Shown here piece by piece: positions 1 to 10,880 of a stretch of DNA of 33,654 nucleotides. Every line of letters starts with the position of its first letter. Position 1 is the first letter of the stretch. The notes below the pieces were generated by a model that had not been told where the DNA came from, ran no database searches, and was given only the letters and a program-made list of their open reading frames with translations. The position numbers were made by a program, and so were the translations under genes. The DNA is from Octopus bimaculoides. Its lineage: Eukaryota. The DNA is taken from the NCBI RefSeq assembly GCF_001194135.2, contig NC_068991.1:31217172-31250825 (forward strand). The letters run 5' to 3'.

Positions 1-309
1 AATAGAGGTAACTCGAATGTGGAATCTAAAAACAGAAACAATTCCTATCATAGTAGGTGCCTTAGGTATAATAAAAAAAATATTCAGACAAATACATAAC
101 AAAAACACCTGGACTTACAAATATATATAACATACAGAAAATTGCACTACTGGGTACTGCACACATCCTACGCAAAACACTTTCAATACAGTAACCATAA
201 GAGCACCACAGCAAACCACAGCACATACCCAAGGCGCACAGAGCTGCGCTCGGTAGTGAAGTGAAAGCACGTTATAAAAATAAAACTACTGAACAATAAT
301 GATAATAAT
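1..309 (+). mobile_element. 3' end of R4/Dong-type (RLE) non-LTR retrotransposon with (AAT)n tail
   Basis: Translation 2-194 (one +1 slip in the A-run at 74-80): IEVTRMWNLKTETIPIIVGALGII..IQKIALLGTAHILRKTLSIQ*, the IIVGALG...QKxxLLGTAxIxRK C-terminus typical of RLE LINEs. A short 3' UTR follows, then AATAATGATAATAAT at 295-309. Confidence 0.85.
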
Positions 310-310
310 G

Positions 311-1482
311 GCAATAAACTCGCGAGCAATCGCAGTAGTTCGGTATGGTACTGGAATCCTGAAGTTGGCAGAGTAGGAACTAAAGGAAATAGTCAGGAAG
401 TCAAGAAACCTTCTAACAATGAATGGAACCCATCATCCACGTGCAGATACTGATCGCCTATACATGAAGAGAGCAAATGAAGGAAGGAGACTGATAAGTG
501 TGGAAGACTGCGTGCGTATCGAACTCGAGAGTTTAATGAGATACCTGGTCCAATGTAAGGAAAACTTGCTAGTGACAGTTGAGAGCAGAGAAAAAAGGGA
601 AAACAAAGTAAGAAATACAAAAAGGACAAAAAGAAGAATTACGCAAGAAGGGACTACATGATCAATTCCATGTAGCCACAACAGAAATTGCTGGAAAAGA
701 TAGGAGGGATTGACTAAAGAAAATAACACTAAAAAGAGAGACCGAGAGCACTATACTGGCAGCGCAGGACCAAGCTCTGGCCACAAACTGGAGGGTCAAC
801 CTGAGGAATGAGCAAGTGTCTTCTCCGTGTCACATCTGCAATAGAGTGGATGAAATCATTGCTCATATCACGAACGAATGCCCTAGATTTGCAAAACCCA
901 CTGCAAGTGTGGCGACACGACCAGGAAACTATGCGAAAAGTGGGAGCTAGAGCGGCAAGACGTGGTATGAGCACAAGCCGCAGAGAGTGGTAGAGTCGAA
1001 GACTAGCCAAATATTCTGGGATTTCCCAATCCAAACAGATCAGATCCTAGAGCGTAACAGACCGGACCTAATAGTGGTGGATAAGGCGCACCACATATGC
1101 TATATCGTTGATGTTGCGTGCCCCTTTGACCCGCGAATAGTCAAGAATGAAGGTAAAAAAATAGAGATACACCCGTCTCAAGTACGAAATAGCCCGGCTA
1201 TGCAAAATGAAGAAGGTGAAGATAGTGCCAATTATTGTTGGGTCTTTGGGAACAGTATCAGAAGGCATCAAGAGGAATATAAAGGAATAGAGTGCCCACT
1301 AGAACTGCTACAAAAGGTTTGCCTCCTTGGCACCGCCAGAATAATCAGGAAAGTATTAGATAGTTGAAAAGAACGAATAGCCTGGTATCATAGACTGCGG
1401 GTAGGAAACCTGCTACACATGCAGGACTCCAGCAGGTCCAACAAAATCTGTGATAAAGAGATAATAATAATAATGATAATAA
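311..1482 (+). mobile_element. 5'-truncated, decayed R4/Dong-type LINE (post-RT region, CCHC knuckle, RLE endonuclease, AAT tail)
   Basis: Recognisable blocks: AINSRAIAVVRYGTGIL; LTMNGTHHPRADTDRLYMKR; ETESTILAAQDQAL (about 740-780); CHICNRVDEIIAHITNEC (C-x2-C-x8-H-x4-C, about 830-880); WDFPIQTD..NRPDLIVVDK..IVDVACPFD (RLE); LQKVCLLGTARIIRKVLDS* ending 1367. Several frameshifts and stops. (AAT)n tail at 1461-1482. Confidence 0.9.
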
Positions 1483-1880
1483 CGACGTTATTTTCACAGT
1501 ATAATATCTGAATAAAAACTTACATTAGAGCTATGTAAGAAATGAGTATATATCAAGTAGACTTAACATTTTTGAGACATAGGGAAGAGGGAGACAACAT
1601 TGGTGGACTCGATATGATTCTTAAAGGTAATATGTGATTTAAGTGACGACACATACACCATCAGACGATATCAACTGGGTATGGAAACTGGGTCATGGAG
1701 ATGGTTGGCTGATAAATCATAGCACTGCCTGCTGCAATAATGATCTTAACGAGAAGCAAGATGAATGTTCTCAATACATGCGTGCATGCATATATGTGTA
1801 TATATGGGTATATGTATGTATTATGTAAGTATGTATGCATGTATGACTATGTATGTATGTATGTATGTATATATTACATA

Positions 1881-1884
<4 letters not shown>

Positions 1885-1948
<64 letters not shown>
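1885..1948. repeat. (TA)n microsatellite within compound TATG/TA tract
   Basis: Direct reading. Confidence 0.95.
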
Positions 1949-1951
<3 letters not shown>

Positions 1952-2340
1952 ATACATAGACATATATCTATATTTATCAATCTATGCATGTAACTCTTTA
2001 TCTATATATGTGTGTGTGTGTTTGAGTGTAAAATGATACAGTATACAATACAGGCGTGTGTATGTATATGTATATGTATATGTAATCGTTCATGTTTCTG
2101 ACTGCCATTACATATACACCAGTGCTTATGATATAGTATTTCATATATATATGTGTGTGTATTGAAGTCGCGGCAGACTCCTTTCTGATATACCATTAAG
2201 ATGAAATGTTCCAAGTTGCCACACTCAATGGCAGATCGTATTCCATTCCACATTAGTAGTTAAATGAAGGTCTACAATAATAAAGACTACACTCACTTGC
2301 CTACTTTATTTATGAACGTCACCACTTAGAAATGTAGATT

Positions 2341-2377
<37 letters not shown>

Positions 2378-2380
<3 letters not shown>

Positions 2381-2755
2381 GGTATTCCGTCGCTTACGAC
2401 GACGAGGGTTCCAGTTGATCCGATTAACGGAACGGCCTGCTCGTGAAATTAACGAGCAAGTGGCTGAGTACTCCACAGACACGTATACCTTTAACGTAGT
2501 TCTCGGGGAGATTCAGTGTGACACAGATGTGACAAGGCTGGCCCTTCGAAATACAGGTACAACAGAAACAGGAAGAGCGAGAGAAAGTTGTGGTGAAAGA
2601 GTACAGCAGGGTTCACCACCACTCCCTACCGGAGCCACGTAGAACTTTAGCTGTTTTTGCTCTATAGACACTCACAACGCCCGGTCTGGGAATCGAAAGC
2701 GCGATCCTACGACTGCGGGTCCGCTGCCCCAACCACTGAGACACTGGGCTTTCAC
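2378..2755 (-). mobile_element. tRNA-derived SINE (about 375 bp) inserted in a (TA)n tract
   Basis: Minus-strand head GCCCAGTGTCTCAGTGGTTGGGGC...CTTTCGATTCCCAGACCGGGC has A- and B-box-like motifs. The 3' end has the stem-loop CGTCG-TAAG-CGACG. TA repeats flank both sides. Confidence 0.8.
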
Positions 2756-2828
2756 ATATATATACATATACATATATATGTATATATGCATATATAAGTA
2801 TACACACACACACACACACACAAACACG

Positions 2829-2865
<37 letters not shown>

Positions 2866-3104
2866 TATTTTGTTTAAAAGAGTTCCAACACTGTCTGTTT
2901 TTTATGTTTTATTTATATTCCTGCAGAACCAATGTGGGGTATAGAATATGGAATATACAATATATAATATAACATACGATATATAATATAAAATAAAATA
3001 AAATAAAAATGGATGGCACCATGAAAGAAAGTATTGAATGTAGATGAAATATTGAGTGTTCAATATAAAGGATCAAATATATAAATATATAAATATAAAT
3101 ATAT

Positions 3105-3137
3105 AAAGGCGACTCGAGTTTCAGGGCTATTTCCCTT
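3105..3137 (-). ncRNA. 3' two-thirds of a minimal type-I hammerhead ribozyme, cut by the assembly gap
   Basis: Minus strand: A-AGGG-AAATAG-CCCT-GAA-ACTCGAGT-C-GCCTTTA = stem II, GAAA, palindromic stem III and GUC cleavage triplet. The CUGANGA core would lie in the Ns. It is downstream of, and co-oriented with, the PLE ORF at 4095-4540. Confidence 0.6.
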
Positions 3138-4094
3138 NNNNNNNNNNNNNNNNNNNNNNNNNNNNNNNNNNNNNNNNNNNNNNNNNNNNNNNNNNNNNNN
3201 NNNNNNNNNNNNNNNNNNNNNNNNNNNNNNNNNNNNNNNNNNNNNNNNNNNNNNNNNNNNNNNNNNNNNNNNNNNNNNNNNNNNNNNNNNNNNNNNNNNN
3301 NNNNNNNNNNNNNNNNNNNNNNNNNNNNNNNNNNNNNNNNNNNNNNNNNNNNNNNNNNNNNNNNNNNNNNNNNNNNNNNNNNNNNNNNNNNNNNNNNNNN
3401 NNNNNNNNNNNNNNNNNNNNNNNNNNNNNNNNNNNNNNNNNNNNNNNNNNNNNNNNNNNNNNNNNNNNNNNNNNNNNNNNNNNNNNNNNNNNNNNNNNNN
3501 NNNNNNNNNNNNNNNNNNNNNNNNNNNNNNNNNNNNNNNNNNNNNNNNNNNNNNNNNNNNNNNNNNNNNNNNNNNNNNNNNNNNNNNNNNNNNNNNNNNN
3601 NNNNNNNNNNNNNNNNNNNNNNNNNNNNNNNNNNNNNNNNNNNNNNNNNNNNNNNNNNNNNNNNNNNNNNNNNNNNNNNNNNNNNNNNNNNNNNNNNNNN
3701 NNNNNNNNNNNNNNNNNNNNNNNNNNNNNNNNNNNNNNNNNNNNNNNNNNNNNNNNNNNNNNNNNNNNNNNNNNNNNNNNNNNNNNNNNNNNNNNNNNNN
3801 NNNNNNNNNNNNNNNNNNNNNNNNNNNNNNNNNNNNNNNNNNNNNNNNNNNNNNNNNNNNNNNNNNNNNNNNNNNNNNNNNNNNNNNNNNNNNNNNNNNN
3901 NNNNNNNNNNNNNNNNNNNNNNNNNNNNNNNNNNNNNNNNNNNNNNNNNNNNNNNNNNNNNNNNNNNNNNNNNNNNNNNNNNNNNNNNNNNNNNNNNNNN
4001 NNNNNNNNNNNNNNNNNNNNNNNNNNNNNNNNNNNNNNNNNNNNNNNNNNNNNNNNNNNNNNNNNNNNNNNNNNNNNNNNNNNNNNNNNNNNNC

Positions 4095-4540
4095 TCTTAC
4101 TGAGAGTTATATTTTGATCTGTAATGATATTTCTCAATTCCTTACTTTGTGCAAGGATCGGTAAGTTCGCTTTGGTGATATTAAAGATGTTCTGGTGGCA
4201 TGGATTTTGTGTCACTATAAATGGAATGATCTTTTCCTGTTTGTCTTTTCTTTGCGGTGTCCTCAGTTGTTGTATGGGTATTTTCGAAGCCAGCTGAATA
4301 CCATTTTCTATGAGTCGTGATGGGTATTTTTGCTTCAGCAGAAATTCTTTCAGTTCCATCAGGCGTTGATTTCTGGTCTCTATATCCTCTACAATAGTAC
4401 ATATTCTTCTGGCTAGGCAGTATGGTATGTTGCGTTTTGTATGGGGTGGATGGCACGATTTAAAGTTCAAGTATTGGTGTGTGTCTGTGTGTTGTAATAT
4501 ATATCTGTGGTAATGGCGGTGTTTTTTTGGATGAAATTTC
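4095..4540 (-). mobile_element. Penelope-like element fragment (RT C-terminus/thumb; Neptune-like)
   Basis: ITTDIYY/KHTDTHQYLNFKSCHPPHTKRNIPYCLARRICTIV..LKQKYP..IPFIVTQNP, with a frameshift near 4490. The GIY-YIG part is presumably in the gap at 3138-4094. Confidence 0.85.
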
Positions 4541-4710
4541 CATCAGAATTTTTTCCGATTCCGTTAATTTTGTTTGTTGTTTCACAGACATGTTGGCTTA
4601 TACACAATAGAATATATATATATATATATATGCGAGTAAAAATAAATACAAAAAAGGTGGGGTTTTTGTATGATTGTGTATAGAGGAATATATTATATAC
4701 ATATAGGGGA

Positions 4711-4820
4711 GCAGGAGTGACAGTGTTGTAAGTAGCTTGCTTATCAACCACATGGTTCCAGGTTCAGTTCCATGGCATATAGCTGCATTGAAATGTCTGA
4801 AACAAAAGAATAAGAGAATA
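4711..4820 (+). mobile_element. SINE family A, internally deleted (head fused to tail)
   Basis: Head GCAGGAGTGACAGTGTTGTAAGTAGCTTGC..GGTTCAGTTCC joined directly to a tail-like AAATGTCTGAAACAAAAGAATAAGAG. Compare copies at 7669-8209 and 26161-26465. Confidence 0.7.
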
Positions 4821-4831
4821 TATATAGAGAT

Positions 4832-5003
4832 GCAGGCGTGGTTGTGTAGTAAGCTTCCTTCCCAAGCACATAGTTCTGGGTCCAGTCCCACTGCGAGGTA
4901 CCTTGGACAAGTGTCTTCTACCATAGCCTTGGGCTGACCAAACCTTGTGAGTGGATTTGGTTGACGGAAACTGAAAGAAACTCGTCGTATATGTGTGTGT
5001 GTG
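4832..5003 (+). mobile_element. SINE family A, 5' half
   Basis: tRNA-like head, then CCTTGGACAAGTGTCTTCTACCATAGCC..GTGAGTGGATTTGGTTGACGGAAACTGAAAG, which matches the reverse complement of 8040-8160. Confidence 0.85.
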
Positions 5004-5004
5004 T

Positions 5005-5132
5005 ACTAGCAATACACCCCAGCGTTGCCCGGGTGTTCTAAAATACAGTCACATTGTGTTATTTGTTCCTTTCTTATGGGCAGAATCGGCACGTGAGGAG
5101 TATGGAGTAAACAACTTTTTTTTATATATATA
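5005..5132 (+). mobile_element. Possible short non-autonomous Helitron/Helentron-like element
   Basis: Starts ACTAGC..CCCCAGCGTTGCCCGGG and ends AACTTTTTTTTATATATA. This resembles recalled invertebrate HINE/Lep1-type termini; no second copy in the window. Confidence 0.35.
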
Positions 5133-5170
5133 AACGTGTTTTTCGGTTATTTTTCTGATGAACAACGCTG

Positions 5171-5321
5171 CAGTTTCCGTCTGCTAAATTCAGTCAGAAA
5201 TCTGTGGTTGGCCTAAGACTACAATAGAAAACAACTACCCAAGGTACCATGCAGAGGAACTAAACGTGGAACCATGTGGTTGCGAAACAAATTTCTAAAC
5301 CACACAGTCATACTTGCACCT
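5171..5321 (-). mobile_element. SINE family A, old diverged 5' half
   Basis: CAGTTTCCGTCT..CCCAAGGTACCATGCAG..GGAACCATGTGGTTG..CCACACAGTCATACTTGC aligns with 8050-8209. Confidence 0.75.
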
Positions 5322-5474
5322 AATGTGTGTGTGTGTGTATGTTTATATTTGTTGTTAAATCGAGTAGTGTCCCACTATGTCTCAAACTTAGCAGTTCATC
5401 AAATAGCGATCTATAAAATAAATGCCAGATTGAAATACGTACTGATGTCAGTATGATTAATTAAATTTTTCTAG

Positions 5475-5554
5475 GTGATACCCCATCATGGCGACAGTCG
5501 AAAGACTAAACCTAGTAAAATAATCTTTAAAGACTTAATGGCTTCAAATTTAAG
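5475..5554 (+). other. Candidate 80-nt coding exon (unverified)
   Basis: Acceptor TTTTTCTAG, donor AAG|GTAATG, one open frame VIPHHGDSRKTKPSKIIFKDLMASNL; no recognised homology. Confidence 0.2.
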
Positions 5555-6341
5555 GTAATGGGTTATTAACCACAAGATAATGAATGCAAAACTTCGTATT
5601 GAACTTCCACTCTATACGCTAACATTATATGTACATCTCAGTCTACTTGACTTCCAACAATTAACAGTTGTAATTTGAAGTTGAATGATCAGCAGTAAGA
5701 AAGATGTCCAGATTTCTTAAGACATTATTGCGCAAAATATTCTGAGGAAAAGTATTTTGTCACCACAACAAAACGCGCGCGCGCGCGCGCAGGTATCTCA
5801 GTCGTAATTTGAGCTACTACGAATAGCGGCCAAATCTCTCTTAAAACACAACCTTTCATCAAAAGAGAGACGCAAATTTACAGTATTTCAGGAAGAAAAA
5901 AAATATGAGATGGCTCTGCTACATCTGGCAAAACAAAACATAGACAAACATACTTCAATTAAAAGATTATCTACTTAACAATACTAATAAAGTTGACGGT
6001 ATATCTTCGAAGTTTCATTCCCTGAAGACCACAAAATTGTGCGACCCGACCTTGTTTACGTGGTTATTTTTGTAGTAAAAAAAGAGTTGTGCAAAAAACA
6101 TACTTTATTTGGTAGCCAAAATATTACTGAATCATTTGATACTTCATACGTCAAAATCAGCAACTTAATTTTCGAACTCATAAGGAACATACCTACACAC
6201 ACACACACACGCGCGCTAGCGCGCGCGCATACACACATATTTATCCATGTACATACATATAAATACATATATACCATATATATAGATATATACTTACGTA
6301 TATACATTTACACACACACATACACACACAGGCACACACAT

Positions 6342-6388
<47 letters not shown>

Positions 6389-6650
6389 AATTCACCCCGG
6401 CAAATCGACAGTAAGATCTGTTATTTTGTTTCCGACTTTCCGTTCTGACAGCAACACTTGAAGCAAACAATGATATCAAGCTACATGTATCGGCCATACT
6501 CTAAACATTTTTGTGATCTCTTACTTCTCCATGTACACCTCATATTAACACATGCGCGCGCGCACTCACCTGCACCCGTCTTCACACACACATACACACA
6601 CAGACATATGACATATGGAGCAAAAATTAAAAGACGAAAGTAAGAGTAAA

Positions 6651-6740
6651 ATGTCTTATCACGTTTCGCGCGTACGCTCTTTTATCGAAAGAATAAACGA
6701 GGAGAGGAAAATTGGGAGAGAGAGAAAAGAACAAAGGGGT
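6651..6740 (-). mobile_element. Non-coding PLE-terminal-repeat-like remnant with decayed minimal HHR
   Basis: Minus strand: pyrimidine tract, then TCTTT-CGATAAAA-GAGCG-TA-CGCGC-GAAACGT-G-ATAAGA. Same layout as 28351-28480; core and cleavage base are mutated. Confidence 0.5.
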
Positions 6741-6900
6741 CTGCATTAGGCGAATGTTGGTTCGTCGAGTGGAAAATTTGAAAGTGCCAGTGCATTCATT
6801 CCTGCCAGAAGGTGATTGATGTACTAACATTGAGAGAGGTCATCTAATATAGCTAGGAACTGAAGCCGACGACCTAGAAGAATCGATAGAACACCAACCA

Positions 6901-7079
6901 AAATGCATGGCGGCATTTCATCTGTCTACACGTTCTGAGTTCAATTTCCGTCGAGATCGACATTGCTCTTCATCCTTTCTGGATCGATAAAATAAGAACC
7001 AGTTGAGTACTGGTGCCGATGTAATAAACTTATCCCCTTCCTCGAACCTGCTAGCCTTGTGCCGAAATTTGAAACCAAT
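6901..7079 (+). mobile_element. SINE family B (tRNA head plus conserved central CATCCTTT..GATAAAATAAG.ACCAG domain)
   Basis: GAGTTCAATTTCCGTCGAGATCGAC..CATCCTTTCTGGATCGATAAAATAAGAACCAG..GCCTTGTGCCGAAATTTGAAACC; four further copies in the window. Confidence 0.8.
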
Positions 7080-7268
7080 ATAGCTGGGCACTTAAGGACT
7101 TCGTAAGGATTTCTTAATGGCTTGTCTAATCCATCACATTAAATCCCAGCCTATTTAGCTGGAGGGGAATTCGATAAAAGGATAAGACAAAACATTGTAA
7201 AGCTTGTATCAAGCTTACTCTCGTCGCACTTCTCCAGCAGCATCAAATAAAATAATTTGTGGATCGTA

Positions 7269-7297
7269 ATTGAATACCACAGACTGTGGTATTCAAT
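7269..7297. repeat. 29-bp palindrome (14-bp perfect arms, 1-nt spacer)
   Basis: ATTGAATACCACAG-A-CTGTGGTATTCAAT. Confidence 0.95.
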
Positions 7298-7457
7298 GCA
7301 ATATGTGACTCGATATATTGTCAACGAGATGGGGAATTAAACTTAATGAACTAAAAGTAAATTGATATCACGAAAACATGGTTACATAATGAGACAAATT
7401 ATAAATATAGCTGAAATATTACGTTCAAGTGAGAATATATATATTTGAAAACTCCCT

Positions 7458-7532
7458 TTCTTTCTTTCTTTCTTTCTTTCTTTATCTATCTATCTATCTG
7501 TCTATCTATCTATCTATCTATCTATCTATGTA

Positions 7533-7563
<31 letters not shown>

Positions 7564-7565
7564 GG
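7458..7565. repeat. Compound tetranucleotide microsatellite (TCTT)n(TCTA)n(TCTG)n
   Basis: Direct reading. Confidence 0.95.
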
Positions 7566-7668
7566 TTGTCTATGCACCAATCTGTCTCTCTATCTCTCGT
7601 ACTCTTTTCCCACCTTTTCACTTTCAGTTGAAAAACTTAGTGAACAAAATAGAATTAAAAGTAAATAA

Positions 7669-8209
7669 TACTCTTTTACTCTTTTACTTGTTTCAGTCAT
7701 TTGACTGTGGTCATGCTGCAGCACCACTTTTAGTCGAGCAAATCGACCCCAGGACATATTCTTTGTAAGCCTAGTACTTNNNNNNNNNNNNNNNNNNNNN
7801 NNNNNNNNNNNNNNNNNNNNNNNNNNNNNNNNNNNNNNNNNNNNNNNNNNNNNNNNNNNNNNNNNNNNNNNNNNNNNNNNNNNNNNNNNNNNNNNNNNNN
7901 NNNNNNNNNNNNNNNNNNNNNNNNNNNNNNNNNNNNNNNNNNNNNNNNNNNNNNNNNNNNNNNNNNNNNNNNNNNNNNNNNNNNNNNNNNNNNNNNNNNN
8001 NNNNNNNNNNNNNNATATATATATATATATATATATACGATGGGCTTCTTTCAGTTTCCGTCTACCAAATCCACTCACAAGGCTTTCGTTGGACTGAGGC
8101 TATAGTAGAAGGCACTTGCCCAAGGTGCCACGCAGTGGGACTGAACCCGGATGGGACCATGTGGTTCGTAAGTAAGCTACTTATCACACACCCACTTTAC
8201 GCCACTCCT
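7669..8209 (-). mobile_element. SINE family A, full length, centre in gap
   Basis: Head at 8209 (minus AGGAGTGGC..GGTTCAGTCCCACTGCGTGGCACC); tail AAATGACTGAAACAAGTAAAAGAGTAAAAGAGTA at 7669-7700. Confidence 0.9.
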
Positions 8210-8480
8210 AATGTTTACATATTATGCTAATTTTGAATGTGCTTTAATTAAAAATGTAATGTACATGTGAGAGTGTGTGGTGAGTACAGTCACCATACGA
8301 TACCTCAGACTTAAATGAAATACTAAAACAGCCGTATCAATAAACGTATCAACACGTCAAATTTATTACACGTCAAGCATTGAAGTTGAAATTAATACAT
8401 ATAAATAATTACTATATAATAATACCACAAATTCTCACACACACACAATAAAAAGTCACAACGATAGGTATTGATGAGTT

Positions 8481-8735
8481 ATCTCTTTCCTCTCTAACTT
8501 TCATCCCTCTCTCCAATTTACCTCTACTATCTCTAACACCTCGGTTAACTTCCTAGATATCTCTCTTACCACTGACCTCCCCTCCCACTCTCTCACCACC
8601 TCCGCCTTCTTCCAACCCACAGGTTCCCACCTCTACCTCAACTTCTCTTCCTCCCATCCCTCCCACACCAAACGGCTCATCCCTTACTCCGAGTTCCTCC
8701 GCCTCCGAAGCTTGTGCACCCGGGACCAGAATTTC
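8481..8735 (+). mobile_element. PLE fragment (RT motifs 6-7 and thumb; Neptune-like), not shown in the ORF track
   Basis: Open frame SFLSNFHPSLQFTSTISNTSVNFLDISL..LTTSAFFQPTGSHLYLNFSSSHPSHTKRLIPYSEFLRLRSLC. Confidence 0.85.
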
Positions 8736-8817
8736 GGTATCATAATCTTTGTTTAACGTTACGAAGATGAAATTCCAAAGCAGATCGCAAGTAATCCGCA
8801 TATGGTTTTCTAGCATA

Positions 8818-8876
<59 letters not shown>

Positions 8877-9099
8877 CTCTTTCTCTGTTCCCCTTCTCTC
8901 TCTCAATTATTTTGAAAGTTAATCTGTAGGGAATTGTATAAATCAATGACCTGCGAAAACTTATACACGTGTTTGTGAGTGCACATACATATTTGAATGT
9001 ATAGATGTGTATATATCATATGCATGTGTGTGTGTGTGTGCGTGCGTGTGTGTGTTAAGTTGATGTTATTTTAAGGTTAGTTTAGGATTAACAACGAGA

Positions 9100-10880
9100 C
9101 GTTTACTAACATGGTGACTCAATTCTCAGAATAGAGTCAAATTATGATAAAATTCACTAGCACTTCATGTTTTTCCCAACGGCTTATTTAACCTGTCTCG
9201 TCCGAGGGCAAAAAGACTACCTGTGAGTTGTTTCTGAGAGAACAGAAATGTGGTCAAAGCGATTGTGCTGTCTTTCAACGTCCAGTTGCTATTCCTTGTT
9301 AGCAGTAAAGGAGACTTGAAACATTTTGCCTTCTGTGTCGATGGCCACTGAATACGAGTATGTGATATGGCCACATTCAGTAAAACTTTTGCATCATTCT
9401 GTAATACTCTTCCTAAAGTATTCCTCTACCATCTCTTCTCTGTATTTCATAATACTGACATAATTTCCAGTCTATGAAAGCACCATTTCTGTGATACCTG
9501 TAAATGTATTATTTCTTGACCAAGACTGAGCACTCAGGTACAATACAGTCGATTGTTAAGTTTTATTAATTTTTTTTCCTTTCAAGTGCAGACCATGTCT
9601 TAATTTCTGTAGTCTTAATTTTAGTTAAATCTTTTTTACAAATTCTCTTGCTTCTATTTGTTCCTTATAACCGTTTGCCTTAAGCTTTCATTTTGTATTT
9701 GTATGGCTTCCCTGAAAACAGAAAGCGGTTTTTATGTGTGCGCTTTTCTCTTCTTTTTATTTATTTATTTATCTATTTTATTTTATTTTATTTTTGGCCC
9801 GGTTTTCTAGCGAGTTGTATTTTTGTGCGTTATTCATTGCTGCATGTTTTCATAGTCTTGTAGCTGATATTTTATAATAATTTTCAACTTGCGAGACGCT
9901 CCACCTCCCTGTACTTATCCTAAACATAATCTTTTTATATAAGTTACAGATGTATTTTTAATTCAATTATTATTTTTCCGATTAGTCTCACCTGTTCTCT
10001 GAGCATGTGATAACTGAAACGACTAGATTAACTACGCTTACGTTTTTTTTACATTTATATCTGTTTTAGTTGTTAATTTAATGTTTAACTATTAATCTAA
10101 TGTTTTAATTATTAATTTATAATATTCCTTCCTAACGTTTTCATTCTTCCGTTTACTTTGTACAAAAGTTTATTTCTATTTCCCTCGCAAGATATTAGAA
10201 TTGTTAATTAATTAGGTTTCTAATTAATTCCTCCCTTTCCTAGTTGTCTTAACACATTTTCTCATCCGAATCACCTATAAATTTCTTTAATAAATCATTA
10301 TTAATAATTAGTGATCATTTGCTTCCCACCAAATGAGGTCGTCCATCTACAAAACAATGTCTGTTATTGAACCATATCATTTCTATCCGAGTTTAATCGG
10401 GTTTAATATGTTGGTTAAGTGTTAATGCCAGACAGTAAAAAATGGGGTGAGAAACTCCCTTTGGAACGTTGCTTTTTCAATGGAGATGAGATTGGTGGCT
10501 TTGTTTTCAGATACTTTTGTCTGTGTATCGGCAAAGTTGTTTACCATTTACAAATAATGCGATCTATATACCTACTTATTATTAGTATTGCGTAATATTT
10601 ATTCAGATTTCTCCAGTGGTAAATAGTTGATATTCATAGCCACCTGAGCCTTTGATTAGCAAGTTGTCTTGTAGCCATATGAGCCTTTGCAGCATCCCTG
10701 ATTATTTTAATATTTATATCTTGTTCTGTGATATTATGGCGACTAACGCTTTGTTTACAATAGGGACATAGGGACGTAAGTTATAAAATTATAGTATTTA
10801 GGGGTAGCCGATTATTTAAACTTAGGGATCAAGTTCGCTTTTATTTCTGTGAACCAGTAAGGTGTCGTCTCCGGCAACAT
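9100..10880 (-). pseudogene. Highly decayed R4/Dong-type LINE RT region
   Basis: Ordered relics on the minus strand: FQG(D)SFSP..YCLAL (10444-10466); *MDDL for YMDDL (10335-10349); KCVKTTRKGR; NLVVSVITCS; KRLC..GGG. Many stops and indels. Boundaries are approximate; the core at 9850-10500 is the best supported. Confidence 0.6.

Noticed and set aside
1740-2036. YI, CV, HT, ER and SL dipeptide-repeat ORFs throughout
   Set aside because: Translations of dinucleotide microsatellites.
5774-5790. (CG)n and long (GT)n tracts as functional Z-DNA elements
   Set aside because: Ordinary microsatellites in this genome context; nothing indicates function.
9165-9374. 69-aa minus ORF as a host exon (donor CAG|GTAGTC)
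   Set aside because: No pyrimidine-rich acceptor, and it lies in the inferred 3' part of the decayed LINE.
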